A stretch of 59,599 nt of DNA from Pseudobdellovibrionaceae bacterium (GTDB lineage Bacteria > Bdellovibrionota > Bdellovibrionia > Bdellovibrionales > UBA1609): contig JAYSTF010000130.1 in the NCBI GenBank assembly GCA_043720065.1, positions 1 through 59,599 of the forward strand, in the 5' to 3' direction. The position numbers and the translations under genes were made by a program. The notes under the pieces were generated by a model. The model was not told the origin of the DNA. It was given only the letters and a program-made list of their open reading frames with translations, and searched no databases. Positions 1-10,733 of this stretch are shown here, piece by piece; position 1 is the stretch's first letter, and the number at the start of each line of letters is the position of its first letter.

Positions 1-65
1 CCACGAATGAGAGGCACTACTTTTATCAGCTCCGCGGCTGTGCCGAGCACAAACCAAAGCGTCAT
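1..65 (-). CDS. N-terminal fragment of a UDP-GlcNAc 2-epimerase-like protein (runs off window)
   Basis: ATG at 65 directly after the gmd stop; MTLWFVLGTAAELIKVVPLIR resembles the WecB N-terminal motif (GTRPExIKxxP). Confidence 0.6.
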   Translation of the reverse strand, partial: MTLWFVLGTAAELIKVVPLIR

Positions 66-1106
66 CTACTCGTACCTTTTCGCGCCGCGGTCCGGGAGAT
101 CCATGCTGAGGCCTAGGGCCGACATATCGCTCTTAACCATCAGACGAACTAAATCTCTAAATGTAGTTTTTGATTTCCATCCCAAAACTTTTTGCGCTTT
201 TGAGCTATCACCAAGGAGCACATCCACTTCCGTCGGTCGGAAGTAGCGCGGGTCGATTTCAACGTAGTCCTCCCAACGAAGATTTACGAGTCCAAAGGCT
301 TCGGTTAAAAATTCCTTTACTGAATGAGTTTCTCCGGTGGCGACCACATAATCGTCACTCTTTGGTTGCTGAAGCATCATCCACATGGCTTCGACATAAT
401 CTTTCGCATAACCCCAGTCTCGTTTGGCATCCAAGTTTCCGAGAAATAGTTTTTTTTCTTTCCCAGACAAAATCCGTGCAAGGCCACGAGTGATTTTTCG
501 CGTAACGAACGTTTCTCCACGGCGGGGAGATTCGTGGTTAAAAAGTATGCCATTTGAACAATGCATGTCGTACGCTTCGCGGTAGTTTTTTGCGGCCCAA
601 AAACTCATTACTTTGGCGCAAGCATAAGGCGACCTGGGATAAAACGGCGTAGTTTCCCGCTGCGGAGTTTCCTGCACCAAACCGTACATCTCAGACGACC
701 CCGCCTGATAAAACTTAATTTGTTTTTTATCGCCGATAGAGCGAATGGCTTCAAGAATTCTAAATGTCGACATGGCGACTGTGTCCGCGGTGTAGAGCGG
801 AATATCGAAGCTGACGCGCACGTGGCTCTGAGCCGCCAAATGATAAACTTCATCAGGCATGATTTGCCGCATAAGAGCTTCGATCGAAGAGGTGTCGGTG
901 ATGTCACCATAGTGAAGGAAAAACCGCACATCTTCCGCATGTAAATCCTGGAAGATATGCATAATACGGCCCGTATTGAAAGATGACGATCGACGAATAA
1001 TTCCATGCACTTCGTAGTCTTTTTCTAAAAGCAGTTCCGCTAAGTAAGAGCCGTCTTGCCCTGTGATCCCGCTGATAAGGGCGACTTTGCGTTTTTGTGC
1101 AGACAT
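66..1106 (-). CDS. gmd: GDP-mannose 4,6-dehydratase
   Basis: [53 protein letters not shown]; start moved to MSAQKRK (1106). Confidence 0.97.
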   Translation of the reverse strand: MSAQKRKVALISGITGQDGSYLAELLLEKDYEVHGIIRRSSSFNTGRIMHIFQDLHAEDVRFFLHYGDITDTSSIEALMRQIMPDEVYHLAAQSHVRVSFDIPLYTADTVAMSTFRILEAIRSIGDKKQIKFYQAGSSEMYGLVQETPQRETTPFYPRSPYACAKVMSFWAAKNYREAYDMHCSNGILFNHESPRRGETFVTRKITRGLARILSGKEKKLFLGNLDAKRDWGYAKDYVEAMWMMLQQPKSDDYVVATGETHSVKEFLTEAFGLVNLRWEDYVEIDPRYFRPTEVDVLLGDSSKAQKVLGWKSKTTFRDLVRLMVKSDMSALGLSMDLPDRGAKRYE

Positions 1107-1120
1107 CTTGAGACTCCTCT

Positions 1121-2386
1121 TTAACTTTCCTTGAAAAACGCGCTCACCGCTTTGGCGATGTGCTTGACGTGAGCTTCGTTCATTTGGGGATGGCTTCCCC
1201 AATACACTCCCCGCCGCATGATTTCCTGAGCGGCCGGAAGCGGGCCGCCTATGCGATGAGGGAACAGCTTCAAAAACGGTTGCTCGGCGAGATTGCCCGC
1301 AACGATAGGTCTGGTCTCAATATTCCATTTCGCCAAATGGCTCATGAACTCAGCGCGATTTCGTCCCGGTGTAAGCAAGAACGGAAATCCAAACCAGGTG
1401 TGATAAGTGTCTTTTGTCGGCTCAATCCAGGTGAAATGGTCATTAAATGGTGCGAGGGCTGCATGCATGAGTTTCGCGATTTCAACTCGTGCTTTATTAA
1501 ACCTGTCTAATTTATCTAGCTGCTTTAGGCCAATGGCGGCATTCACGTCCGTTGAACGTACATTAAACCCTGTGTTGACGAAGAGAAATCTTGGATCCAA
1601 ATGTGAATGTTGCTTCTCTAGCTCTTCTCTCGTGTGCATGTGGCGGGTCCAACCATGAGCCCTGAGGCAGCGCAAAAGGTCGGCGAACTGGTCGTCATCA
1701 GTGACGATCATCCCACCTTCAATCGTCGTGATATGGTGACTGAAATAAAACGAGTAACTCGCCGCAAGGCCAAAGCTGCCGGTTTTTTGACCCTTGTATG
1801 TCGTACCCAGCGCCTCACAACTATCTTCCAGAAGCACTAGACCATGCTTTTTCGCAAGCTCCTGAAACGGCGTCATGTCGGCGCAGTTGCCGAGAATATG
1901 CGCTATAAAAATCGCTTTCGTTTTTGGCGTGATTGCACTTTCCGCAGCCGCAACACTCATGTTCAAAGTTTTTAATTCCGCATCGACCAACACCGGCACT
2001 AACTTAGCCCCAATAACCGGCGTGATGGTCGTTGACCACGTCACTGCGGGGACTAAAACCTCGTCGCCTGGCGAAAGCTTAAGATGCTTCGGTGTTAGCG
2101 GATTACAAAGAGCCTCGATCATCAGAAGATTTGCAGAAGACCCAGAATTGACCATAACCGCGTGTTTGCGGCCGATGTACTTGGCAAAGCGGGATTCAAA
2201 TTCCAACACCTTTTCGCCCATAGTGAGCCTTTGCTCAACAAAGCAGCGAAGAACAGCCTCCACCTCTTCAAGTCCAGTGGTCGGCGCAGATAACGGGACT
2301 TGGTCGGCCGGAATCGTGAACGAGCGCTCAAAGTGATCCTTGAGATTTATCCGCAAATCAGAAAAGATTTTTTCCATGCCGCTCAT
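1121..2386 (-). CDS. DegT/DnrJ/EryC1/StrS-family PLP enzyme, ColD-like GDP-4-keto-6-deoxymannose 3-dehydratase
   Basis: [33 protein letters not shown] (His at the usual Schiff-base Lys position); adjacent to gmd. Confidence 0.8.
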   Translation of the reverse strand: MSGMEKIFSDLRINLKDHFERSFTIPADQVPLSAPTTGLEEVEAVLRCFVEQRLTMGEKVLEFESRFAKYIGRKHAVMVNSGSSANLLMIEALCNPLTPKHLKLSPGDEVLVPAVTWSTTITPVIGAKLVPVLVDAELKTLNMSVAAAESAITPKTKAIFIAHILGNCADMTPFQELAKKHGLVLLEDSCEALGTTYKGQKTGSFGLAASYSFYFSHHITTIEGGMIVTDDDQFADLLRCLRAHGWTRHMHTREELEKQHSHLDPRFLFVNTGFNVRSTDVNAAIGLKQLDKLDRFNKARVEIAKLMHAALAPFNDHFTWIEPTKDTYHTWFGFPFLLTPGRNRAEFMSHLAKWNIETRPIVAGNLAEQPFLKLFPHRIGGPLPAAQEIMRRGVYWGSHPQMNEAHVKHIAKAVSAFFKES

Positions 2387-2443
2387 TAAAAAAGCCTAAA
2401 CCAGGGTTGGTGGTTGTCAAGGCTTCGGATATACTTTCATCCT

Positions 2444-3838
2444 ATGGAGCAACATGATCTTTCGCCTTTGAAAAAAGCCCGTCACGTCAACATGGACCCC
2501 GACTTCTACGGCACGTTCGCTGAAATCGGTGCCGGCCAAGAGGTGGCGCGCTACTTCTTCCTTGCTGGGCGCGCCTCTCAAACAATCGCTAAAACCATGT
2601 CCGCCTACGATATGACCTTTAGCGACGCGATATATGGGCGAACCTCCCGCTACGTCAGCGAAGAGCGCTTGCTAAAGATGCTCGATCATGAGTTTAAGCT
2701 GGTCGTTGAGCGTTTGGACCAGCAGCGTGGTGATAAGACGCGATTCTTTGCTTTCGCCGATACGGTTGCCACCAGCAGCCATGTTGAACACACGGCCCGC
2801 TGCCATGGTTGGATCGGCATTCGCTACCAGGCAAACGCGCGCGGACCCACCAATGACATCATCGTTCACGTTCGCATGAAAGATCGCACTCGCCTTCTGC
2901 AACAAGAGGCCTTGGGGATTCTCGGGGTAAATCTAATTCACTTAGCGCATACGCCGACTGGCTCTCTTATGCATATTGTTGCTCACTTGGTTCAAACGCT
3001 GACCTCTGAACGCATTGAAGTAAATCTGGTTCGGTTCAATGGACCCGATGTCGCTCATATCGATAATCGATTATTGAATTTGGAAATGGTTCGGCAAGGG
3101 GTGACGGAAGCCATTTTGTTTGAACCGGACGGGTCTATTTCAAATCCATCAGATAGTTTATTTAAGAAGCCCGTAATGGTCCAGCGTGGAACATTTAGGC
3201 CAGTGACGAAAACGAATGTCACATTACTTGAGCGGGGCTTGGATCAGTTTAAAGCCTCGCTGCCGAAAGATCCCGCGGCTGAAGTTTTATTTGAACTCAC
3301 GATGGATAATCTATCGGGCGATGGCGGTGTGCGCCCGGAAGATTTCCTCGATCGGGTCGATACTTTGGGAGTTCTCGGTCATAAAGTTTTAGTGTCGCAG
3401 TTTAAATTATTTTATCAAGTGAAGCACTTTCTAAGGCAGTTCACTGACCAGCCCCTTGCATTGATCATTGGAGCCGCTCATCTAGAAAAATTATTTGATG
3501 CCAAGTACTACGAAACTCTCTCCGGTGGAATTCTGGAGGGATTCTCTAGACTTTTCGATGATCAAACTCGCATCATGGTTTTTCCGTTCAAGTCAGAGCG
3601 AACCTGCAAAACGACGAAAACTTTTAATCCCCCGGGAAGCTTGGCCCATCTCTACGCTTATTTGACGACTAACAAATCGATCATCGATATTTTAAATTGC
3701 GATGACATAGACACTAGCATTCACTCAAAAGACGTGCGTGAGATGCTCTCATGCGGTAATGCCGCCTGGAAAGATCTTGTACCGCCTAAAGTTCGTGACT
3801 TAATCGTGGCAAGAAAAATGTTCGGTATCCCCTCATGA
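2444..3838 (+). CDS. Conserved protein of the YGTFAEIGAGQEV family (often labelled nicotinate-nucleotide adenylyltransferase-like; function unproven)
   Basis: YGTFAEIGAGQEVARYFF, TIAKTMSAYDM, RGTFRPVT motifs. Confidence 0.7.
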   Translation: MEQHDLSPLKKARHVNMDPDFYGTFAEIGAGQEVARYFFLAGRASQTIAKTMSAYDMTFSDAIYGRTSRYVSEERLLKMLDHEFKLVVERLDQQRGDKTRFFAFADTVATSSHVEHTARCHGWIGIRYQANARGPTNDIIVHVRMKDRTRLLQQEALGILGVNLIHLAHTPTGSLMHIVAHLVQTLTSERIEVNLVRFNGPDVAHIDNRLLNLEMVRQGVTEAILFEPDGSISNPSDSLFKKPVMVQRGTFRPVTKTNVTLLERGLDQFKASLPKDPAAEVLFELTMDNLSGDGGVRPEDFLDRVDTLGVLGHKVLVSQFKLFYQVKHFLRQFTDQPLALIIGAAHLEKLFDAKYYETLSGGILEGFSRLFDDQTRIMVFPFKSERTCKTTKTFNPPGSLAHLYAYLTTNKSIIDILNCDDIDTSIHSKDVREMLSCGNAAWKDLVPPKVRDLIVARKMFGIPS

Positions 3839-5616
3839 AAGGCAAGTGGCTTTCCCCCCCGGGGCCACTGATATTGCTGGCCCTTGCGATCTTTGGCGCT
3901 TCGATCTTTTTTCCGTTTATCGCCTTGGATGATGCAAAACACATTTGGCAAAACCCGTATGTCATGAGTTTCTCGTGGAAGAACGTCCAATTCTTTTGGC
4001 AGGCGCCCTATTATGGTTTGTACGTTCCATTGGTTTATAATTTTTGGTCTCTGCTTGCGGCGCTCACTCAAGGGCTCGGGCTTAAGAATGAATTTACTGT
4101 GATAAGCGGTGGTGTTTTTCACTTAAGCAACGTGGCGCTTCATCTTCTAAACATCCAGTTAGCTTGGTGGCTTGCTATACAGATTTATTGGCGGATTTTC
4201 CCTGGCGATGCAGAGGGAAATAAAAGACGTGCCCTTCTAAGTATTGTTCCTTTTGCCATTCATCCCCTTCAGGTGGAAAGCATTGCGTGGGCTTCGGGTT
4301 TAAAAGATGTCTTGTCGGCTACTCCCACTTTGATGGCGATGCTCTTTGGGCTTTCTTGCATACCGGTGGCTTTTGTTTCTAAGAAAAACAAGCGGGAGAT
4401 CGCGGCGCCGACGCCCATAAAGTTTTTTGCGCGCAATCCTCCATTTGGATTTTTCATCTGTACGGTAATGGCGTTACTTTGCAAACCAAGCGCCGTTGTT
4501 TTGCCGGTCGCATTTTTGGTTTTAGTTTGGGCGATCGACCGCGCGCAATGGCGTAAAGCTTTGAAGCTTGCGCTTCCCGTGCTTGCCATTGCTTTGTATT
4601 TTGCGTTTTTAACTAAATCATCCCAGCCCGATGCACGTTTGGAATTTCAGTTGGCCGTATGGCAAAGACCGCTAGTGGCTTTGGCAAGTTTGGGCTTTTA
4701 TATTTTTAAATTCTTGGCGCCTTGGCCTTTGTCGCCGGATTACGGCCTTACGCCGCCTCGTCTGCTGGCATCGGCTGAGAGCTATTTATACATGGGATTA
4801 GCAATGCTGTTTGTTGGCGCGGGATTGACCGCACTGTTACGACGCTGGAGCACTTCAACAATTGCGATCACTTGGGTTGTGGTCGGATTGCTGCCGATTT
4901 TGGGATTTATTCCATTTGAATTTCAAAATCTTTCGGCCGTTGCTGATCGTTATAATTATCTTTTTCCCGCACTTGGAATGGGAATCTTGTTTTCGGAATT
5001 GGTAATGCGACTGCCGGCTTTAAAGTTCCGTACTTTTTTGCCGGTCGGGCTTGTGATAGCGTGGTCGGCATTGAGCTGCCTTCAGACTTTGAACTGGCGG
5101 AGCAACGATCATTTGTTCCGCCATGCTGTGCTGGTGAATCCGCAAAGTTATTTAGCATTAAATAATCTTGGGCTGCAGGATATCCGCCGCAGTGATTTTG
5201 ACTCGGCAGAAAAGAATTTTAAACTGGCTCTTCAGGCTAAGCCGGATTATTTGGCGGCTTTGGCCAATCTGGGCGTCGCTTATTTTAAGCGGCATGATTA
5301 TCCGGCGACTATCCGGCATTACACGGAAACTTTGGCGAAGATGCCAGAAGCTGGCATAGGGAGCCCTGCGACCTACGCCGATATGCATTTTAATCTCGGC
5401 GCGGCTTATTTGAATACTTCGCAGTTTGAATCTGGATTGGTTCATTTGATGAAAGCGACTGTAATAAACCCGGATCATTTTTTAGCGAATTATCATCTCG
5501 GGCGGGCCCTTGTTGTTAAGGGCGATAAGGAAGGTGCAAGGCGCGCGCTTATGAATGCGCTCCGGTTACAGCCTGGGGATGCAGGTGTGATGGCGGAGTT
5601 AAATAAGGTGCGGTAA
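3835..5616 (+). CDS. Multi-pass membrane protein with C-terminal TPRs (TMTC-like GT-C glycosyltransferase)
   Basis: ALDD after first TM, HPLQVESIAW, ADRYNY, C-terminal TPR repeats (ALNNLG, ALANLGVAY). Confidence 0.75.
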   Translation: MKGKWLSPPGPLILLALAIFGASIFFPFIALDDAKHIWQNPYVMSFSWKNVQFFWQAPYYGLYVPLVYNFWSLLAALTQGLGLKNEFTVISGGVFHLSNVALHLLNIQLAWWLAIQIYWRIFPGDAEGNKRRALLSIVPFAIHPLQVESIAWASGLKDVLSATPTLMAMLFGLSCIPVAFVSKKNKREIAAPTPIKFFARNPPFGFFICTVMALLCKPSAVVLPVAFLVLVWAIDRAQWRKALKLALPVLAIALYFAFLTKSSQPDARLEFQLAVWQRPLVALASLGFYIFKFLAPWPLSPDYGLTPPRLLASAESYLYMGLAMLFVGAGLTALLRRWSTSTIAITWVVVGLLPILGFIPFEFQNLSAVADRYNYLFPALGMGILFSELVMRLPALKFRTFLPVGLVIAWSALSCLQTLNWRSNDHLFRHAVLVNPQSYLALNNLGLQDIRRSDFDSAEKNFKLALQAKPDYLAALANLGVAYFKRHDYPATIRHYTETLAKMPEAGIGSPATYADMHFNLGAAYLNTSQFESGLVHLMKATVINPDHFLANYHLGRALVVKGDKEGARRALMNALRLQPGDAGVMAELNKVR

Positions 5617-5628
5617 AATTCTCCGTGC

Positions 5629-7140
5629 CTAAACCAAATTCTCCAAAAACCTAGCAAGACACTGCACCGGCTGCCCGCTGCCACCAGCTTCCACCCACGC
5701 GCCATCCGCGCCGTCTTTCCAACCGTAAATGTCCAAGTGAACCCAGGGACAGTCTTTAACAAAGTTCTCTAAAAACAGTGCCGCCGTAATAGCGCCGCCA
5801 AATCCGTCACCGGCATTCGCCATGTCCGCCGCGACCGACTTTAAAGCTGTTTTGTATTTGCGGTGCAAAGGCATGGCCCACATCCAGTCGCCCATCTCCT
5901 GACTGGCGCGCGCCATGTGCCTTACCCATTCATCATCATTGCCGAAAAGTCCCGCGATCTGCGAACCGAGTCCCGCTTTAATTGCACCAGTGAGTGTAGC
6001 GACATCCACAACTAATGCCGGCTTAGCTTCAACGGCGACGTCTAGTGCGTCCGCCAAGACCAACCGACCTTCGGCGTCCGTGTTATGAATTTCAACTTGG
6101 GTCCCAGACCGTGCTTGAATAACATCGCCCGGTCTAAATGAGTTTCCGCCGACCGCATTCTCTGCAACGGCCAAATAAAAATCGCAGGCGCGTGGGAATC
6201 CAGTTTTAGCCACCCACCACGCCAGACCCGTGACCGCGGCGGAGCCGCCCATGTCTTTCTTCATCCACCGCATGTTGGAATCTGGCTTAATATTCACGCC
6301 GCCTGTGTCGAACGTGATCCCCTTGCCAACAAAAGCGATCGGCTTTTCTTTGCTCGCATTCTTCGGCCGATACTTAATATGAATGAACTCAGCCGGTGTT
6401 GCGGATCCCTGGCCCACGGCTACTAACAAATTCATTTTTTCTTTTTTAATTTTGGCTAGGCCCCAAACATTCACTTCGCAACTGCGCTGGCCCTTGAATA
6501 AAGATTTGACCGCCTCTGGATAGGTTTCCGGATTCAAAATGTTTGCCGGTAAATTCGTTAGGTGCCGGGCAATGTTTGTCGCACACCCCAAACTTGAGGC
6601 CTCTGACAATAAGTCGGCCGCAACAGGCTTCCCATCCCGAAGGACTTTCAGTTTTGAACGAGGTGCCTGTCCGCCCATAACACGTTTAAAGGAATAGCTC
6701 GCGATTTCCAGGGCTACCAATCCGCCCTTTACGATCTCATCGTCACAATGCCAGAAATCGAGGGATACGGTTTTCGCGCCATGTTCCAGCGCGCTCGCAA
6801 GAGCAGCACCGACTGTGTCCCTCCCCCTGGTGTATTCAGTCAGCAGCAGATGCCCGCCATGGCCGCCGGCTTTATCGTCAGCCCCAAGCTGATGAGGCCG
6901 CACCCACCAGACTGGGCCGCTTTGCCCCGCGAACAAAGTTACTGTCTTTGGTTGATCAAGGGATTCCTGCCATTGCCATTGGGGCAAGGTCAGCTTTAGT
7001 TTTTGCTTTAAATTAGAGGGATCTTTTTTCTCTCCCCAAACAATGACGCGGGCGACCCGTCCCTTTTCGGCTTTCCCCGCCCCTTTTAACCAACTCTTCG
7101 CTGCTAGCTCTAGACTTGAGATCACTTCGCTTCGACTCAT
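5629..7140 (-). CDS. Leucyl aminopeptidase (M17)
   Basis: VGKGITFDTGG, MKKDMGG, NTDAEGRLVLAD, WVHLDI. Confidence 0.95.
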   Translation of the reverse strand: MSRSEVISSLELAAKSWLKGAGKAEKGRVARVIVWGEKKDPSNLKQKLKLTLPQWQWQESLDQPKTVTLFAGQSGPVWWVRPHQLGADDKAGGHGGHLLLTEYTRGRDTVGAALASALEHGAKTVSLDFWHCDDEIVKGGLVALEIASYSFKRVMGGQAPRSKLKVLRDGKPVAADLLSEASSLGCATNIARHLTNLPANILNPETYPEAVKSLFKGQRSCEVNVWGLAKIKKEKMNLLVAVGQGSATPAEFIHIKYRPKNASKEKPIAFVGKGITFDTGGVNIKPDSNMRWMKKDMGGSAAVTGLAWWVAKTGFPRACDFYLAVAENAVGGNSFRPGDVIQARSGTQVEIHNTDAEGRLVLADALDVAVEAKPALVVDVATLTGAIKAGLGSQIAGLFGNDDEWVRHMARASQEMGDWMWAMPLHRKYKTALKSVAADMANAGDGFGGAITAALFLENFVKDCPWVHLDIYGWKDGADGAWVEAGGSGQPVQCLARFLENLV

Positions 7141-7180
7141 CTATTATTCCTTCTGCTCAAACTTTGGTATAGTAGCAGTG

Positions 7181-8206
7181 ATGCTAAACGCCAATCAAAA
7201 GCATTTGCGAGTCGCCCTGCTAAATTGCGAAAATCTCTTCGTCTTCATGGATCTTTGGAAAGCTCAGAACCTCGACAATATGAATGAGAAGGAGTGGCAG
7301 CAGCTTTCCATCGGCACGGTCCAAAACAAGCCTCTACGGAAAGTAAAGTGGCTCGCCCAATCGTTTAAGGCCATGAACCCGGATGTTATTTTACTAAACG
7401 AGGTTGGTGGGATCGAGTCTATCTCCAACTTTAGTCGGCACTTTTTAAACGACGATTATAGCAGCCACCTCATCGAGGGAAACTCCGACCGCGGAATCGA
7501 TATAGGTTACCTAGTGCGAAGAACCTTGCCTTATAAGTTTGATCTAATTTCCCATCGCCGGCGCCCAATTAATTTTCTCTATCCGCACGAGATCGAATCC
7601 AACCTTTATTTTGCGGGCCTAGAAAAGCCCGCGGTTAAGTCGCATTATTTTAGCCGTGATACGCTTGAGCTTCGGGTGCACAGGCCTAATGACACCAAGC
7701 CTGGACTGATTTTCCTTCTCGTTCATCTAAAATCGGCACTTGACCCACTTGGAATCGATCCTGGTGGAAAGGCACGCAGAGCTGCCGAGTTGAAAACCCT
7801 AACGGAAATCTACAACGAGGTTCGCCAAGAACTCCCGGGTACGCCCACCATCGTAGCCGGCGATTTTAATGGGTCGGCTGGAAAAGCTGATCTTGAGCCC
7901 GAATTTTTGCCGATCTATGAAACAACAGATCTTATTGAGGTGTTTGATGTTGTTGGCAAACCACCGTCGGAAAGTGCCACAAGGGTGAACTTCAAATCGG
8001 GTTCGCCGCCGAAACTGGTCAAAATCGATCACGTGTTTTTGTCGCCTGAGCTTCACGCCAAAGTCGTGCCCGATGAAACAAATGTTTTTCTTTTTCGCAG
8101 TGATTTAGACGTGAAGATGCCTTATGCAGTGACCGTCGAGCAGCGCGCGGCGCTGCCCTCCGATCACTATCCAATACTTGTGACTATTTGTGATCCGCTG
8201 GCTTGA
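7181..8206 (+). CDS. Endonuclease/exonuclease/phosphatase family protein
   Basis: NCENLF, LNEV, HLKS, AGDFN, IDHVF, SDHYP. Confidence 0.9.
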   Translation: MLNANQKHLRVALLNCENLFVFMDLWKAQNLDNMNEKEWQQLSIGTVQNKPLRKVKWLAQSFKAMNPDVILLNEVGGIESISNFSRHFLNDDYSSHLIEGNSDRGIDIGYLVRRTLPYKFDLISHRRRPINFLYPHEIESNLYFAGLEKPAVKSHYFSRDTLELRVHRPNDTKPGLIFLLVHLKSALDPLGIDPGGKARRAAELKTLTEIYNEVRQELPGTPTIVAGDFNGSAGKADLEPEFLPIYETTDLIEVFDVVGKPPSESATRVNFKSGSPPKLVKIDHVFLSPELHAKVVPDETNVFLFRSDLDVKMPYAVTVEQRAALPSDHYPILVTICDPLA

Positions 8207-8921
8207 GCTTGTCGGCAGCCGCGGGTGCGCTTGACGCCGCGTCAGCGTCTTTAATGTCTATCAACTCGACTTCAAAAATCAAAGCCGAGTTTGCCGGAAT
8301 TGAAGGACGACCACGCTCGCCGTATGCAAGTTCGGGCGCAATGTAGAATTCGTACTTACCGCCCTTTTTCATTAACTGTAGGCCCTCGGTCCAACCTGGA
8401 ATAACGGCCTTTAATGGAAATTCTGCCGGCTGACCACGCTTAATTGAACTGTCAAATTCCGATCCGTCGAGCAAAGTTCCTTTGTAGTGAACGACCACAA
8501 CCTGGGAATCCTTAGGCATAGCACCTTCGCCTTCGGAAACCACTTTGTACTGAAGACCTGAGGGAGTGACTTTCACGCCTTCTTTTTTCTTATTAGCTTC
8601 GAGCCATTCCTGACTCTTCTTCAAGTTGTCGCCCGATTCCGCGTTCATTTTCTTTGAACGCTCTTCGTACATCGCCTGCATCACACGCTGCATTTCCGCA
8701 TCATCGACTTGGGAAGGCTTGTCCGTGTTTACATCGCGAATAGCTTGCTTCAATGAATCGATGTCGTATTCGACATTTTGCTGCTTTAAGTTCTTCGCAA
8801 ACTGATAACCAATGGCGTAGCTGTACTTTTCTTTGTCCGACTTCGGTGTTTTCGGGCGATCACAGCTCATTAAGCCAAGGGTCATTAATAAAGTGATCCC
8901 AATTGCCCAAGCGCGATTCAT
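8184..8921 (-). CDS. fkpA: FKBP-type peptidyl-prolyl isomerase lipoprotein (FkpA/Mip-like)
   Basis: Lipobox LMSC, YSYAIG, SGLQYKV, HYKGTLLDGSEFDSS, VIPGWTEGL. Confidence 0.9.
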   Translation of the reverse strand: MNRAWAIGITLLMTLGLMSCDRPKTPKSDKEKYSYAIGYQFAKNLKQQNVEYDIDSLKQAIRDVNTDKPSQVDDAEMQRVMQAMYEERSKKMNAESGDNLKKSQEWLEANKKKEGVKVTPSGLQYKVVSEGEGAMPKDSQVVVVHYKGTLLDGSEFDSSIKRGQPAEFPLKAVIPGWTEGLQLMKKGGKYEFYIAPELAYGERGRPSIPANSALIFEVELIDIKDADAASSAPAAADKLKPADHK

Positions 8922-8974
8922 TTTGTCTCCTTTTAAAAGTATCGGGCTATATAACTTCAGGAACCTTTTCGCTG

Positions 8975-9400
8975 TCAAACGAGAACCCACTCGGCCTCAG
9001 CCAGTTCTTGAGCCAAAACTTCATGAAGTTCCACAAGAGGAAGGGTTCGACGCACCCCGACCCAAACGACTCGCGCCGCTTCCACCTCGGGAAATGCGCT
9101 GACGTCTTTGACGTCCAAATCGAAGACAGAAATACGGGAGGCCACCTTTTCCCCAATAACAATTAACTGTGACTTTTGTGAATCAGTGACTTCGCCAACA
9201 AAGCCTACCGTTAAGTGCAATTGCTCAAGGGGCGTCCATTTCACATCCCATTCCAATTCCTTTGCTGTGCGGCGCAAACGCTGGGAGACGCGCAGAATCT
9301 GAGGATTTTCAGTGAGAACCTTCGGAGCTAGGGCGAAAAACCAACGGGCGTGATCCCTGGCCCAAAACCTACGTGAAAACCAGTTGAAATCCAAGTGCAT
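8975..9400 (-). pseudogene. Truncated or half-size 2H phosphoesterase (ThpR-like RNA 2',3'-cyclic phosphodiesterase)
   Basis: RWFFAL, WTPLEQLHLTVGFVG, AFP..ARVVWVG; only one HxT motif, stop precedes the second. Confidence 0.6.
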
Positions 9401-9482
9401 CAGTAACTGATATTCGAAAGAGCGACCTTTGACTTCATCTCAGCGTTAAGCGATTCCTTGCCTCCACCCGGAGGATTTTAAG

Positions 9483-10733
9483 ATGACGTTTTTAGTGGTT
9501 CTGTTTTCCGCTATTCTAGCCAACGCGCAGACTGCGAGCGAGACGCGATTAAAGGATTTTGAGGCCCGCTTAAACGCCCTGGAGAAAACGCAAAAAGAAT
9601 CGACCCAATCTTTGACCGATGAAGTCGCAAGACTCAAAACCGGGTCTGCGGTGCCTGAATTAAAAAATTTGAGTTTCATGGGCTTAGGTGCCGCGGCTTC
9701 AAAAATTTATTTCAGCAAAAATCCCCTGTCCATCGGCGGCTACGGCGAAGTGATCTATCAAGATCCTAGAGGTGGCTCGGCCGGAAACACATCCGACAAT
9801 TATCGGTTTGTCCCATATTTCAGCTATCGTTTCTCCGACAAGATCATCTTCAACAGCGAAGTGGAATTCGAACATACAAGCTCTGTTGCAGTTGAATTCT
9901 CTTACTTAGACTTTTTATTAACTCCGGAGTTTAGCGTTCGCGCTGGCCACGTGTTAGTGCCAATTGGAATGACGAATTTAAAACACGAACCGAATTACTT
10001 CTACACTGTTTCACGACCTGAAGTGGAAACCGAACTAATCCCAACTACCTGGCATGAGAATGGCGTGATGATTTTTGGCCAGAACGAGACTTTACGCTAC
10101 CACCTTGGGGCGGTTAACGGAATGAAGGCCTCCCAAGCCGTCGCTGCAGCGGATTCCGCGCGGTGGGTGAGGAAATTTAGGCAATCCGGCAGGGAGGCTC
10201 AAACGGAAGATCTCGGTTACTTCGCTAGGCTGGATTGGGTTCCGGCGGTGAATGGCGAAATCGGCGCCTCGATTTACCATGGTGATAGTGGACAATTGTT
10301 AGCGGACACGATCGGCAAAGCTACGGTACAGATTTGGGAATTGCATGGCCGCTGGTCAAACGATGGGTTAGAGGCGGATTTCTTGTATGCGAATGGATCG
10401 CTTAAAGACGTGAACTTCACTCCGGCAGCTACCCTCCCTGGCGAGGAAGTTGAAGGATACTATGCGACTCTTGCCTATGACGTGCTGTTCGGCCGAGCTA
10501 CCGGCACACGCCTACTGGTTTTCACTCGGTATTCAGCTTATGACTTAAATAAAAAGGCCCAAGTCGAGGCAACTGGTGGCCGCGACGCCTCCCTTGAAAG
10601 AGAAATTTGGTCCTTTGGCGCAAACTATTTCCCCGACCCTAATGTGGTAATAAAGGCGAATTATGACTCGAGAGACAACGCGGCCACCGGTTATGACGAT
10701 CGCTTTGAACTGGGCTTGGGTTTCGTATTTTAG
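9483..10733 (+). CDS. Outer-membrane beta-barrel porin with N-terminal coiled coil
   Basis: Signal peptide, coiled coil, IGGYGE, NSEVEFEH, C-terminal GLGFVF. Confidence 0.85.
   Translation: MTFLVVLFSAILANAQTASETRLKDFEARLNALEKTQKESTQSLTDEVARLKTGSAVPELKNLSFMGLGAAASKIYFSKNPLSIGGYGEVIYQDPRGGSAGNTSDNYRFVPYFSYRFSDKIIFNSEVEFEHTSSVAVEFSYLDFLLTPEFSVRAGHVLVPIGMTNLKHEPNYFYTVSRPEVETELIPTTWHENGVMIFGQNETLRYHLGAVNGMKASQAVAAADSARWVRKFRQSGREAQTEDLGYFARLDWVPAVNGEIGASIYHGDSGQLLADTIGKATVQIWELHGRWSNDGLEADFLYANGSLKDVNFTPAATLPGEEVEGYYATLAYDVLFGRATGTRLLVFTRYSAYDLNKKAQVEATGGRDASLEREIWSFGANYFPDPNVVIKANYDSRDNAATGYDDRFELGLGFVF

Noticed and set aside
170..2336. Antisense and overlapping ORFs in the track (here and throughout)
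   Set aside because: They shadow well-supported genes and have no motifs or RBS.
9403..9425. Fur box upstream of the porin
   Set aside because: Only a partial match (ACTGATATTC); not palindromic enough.
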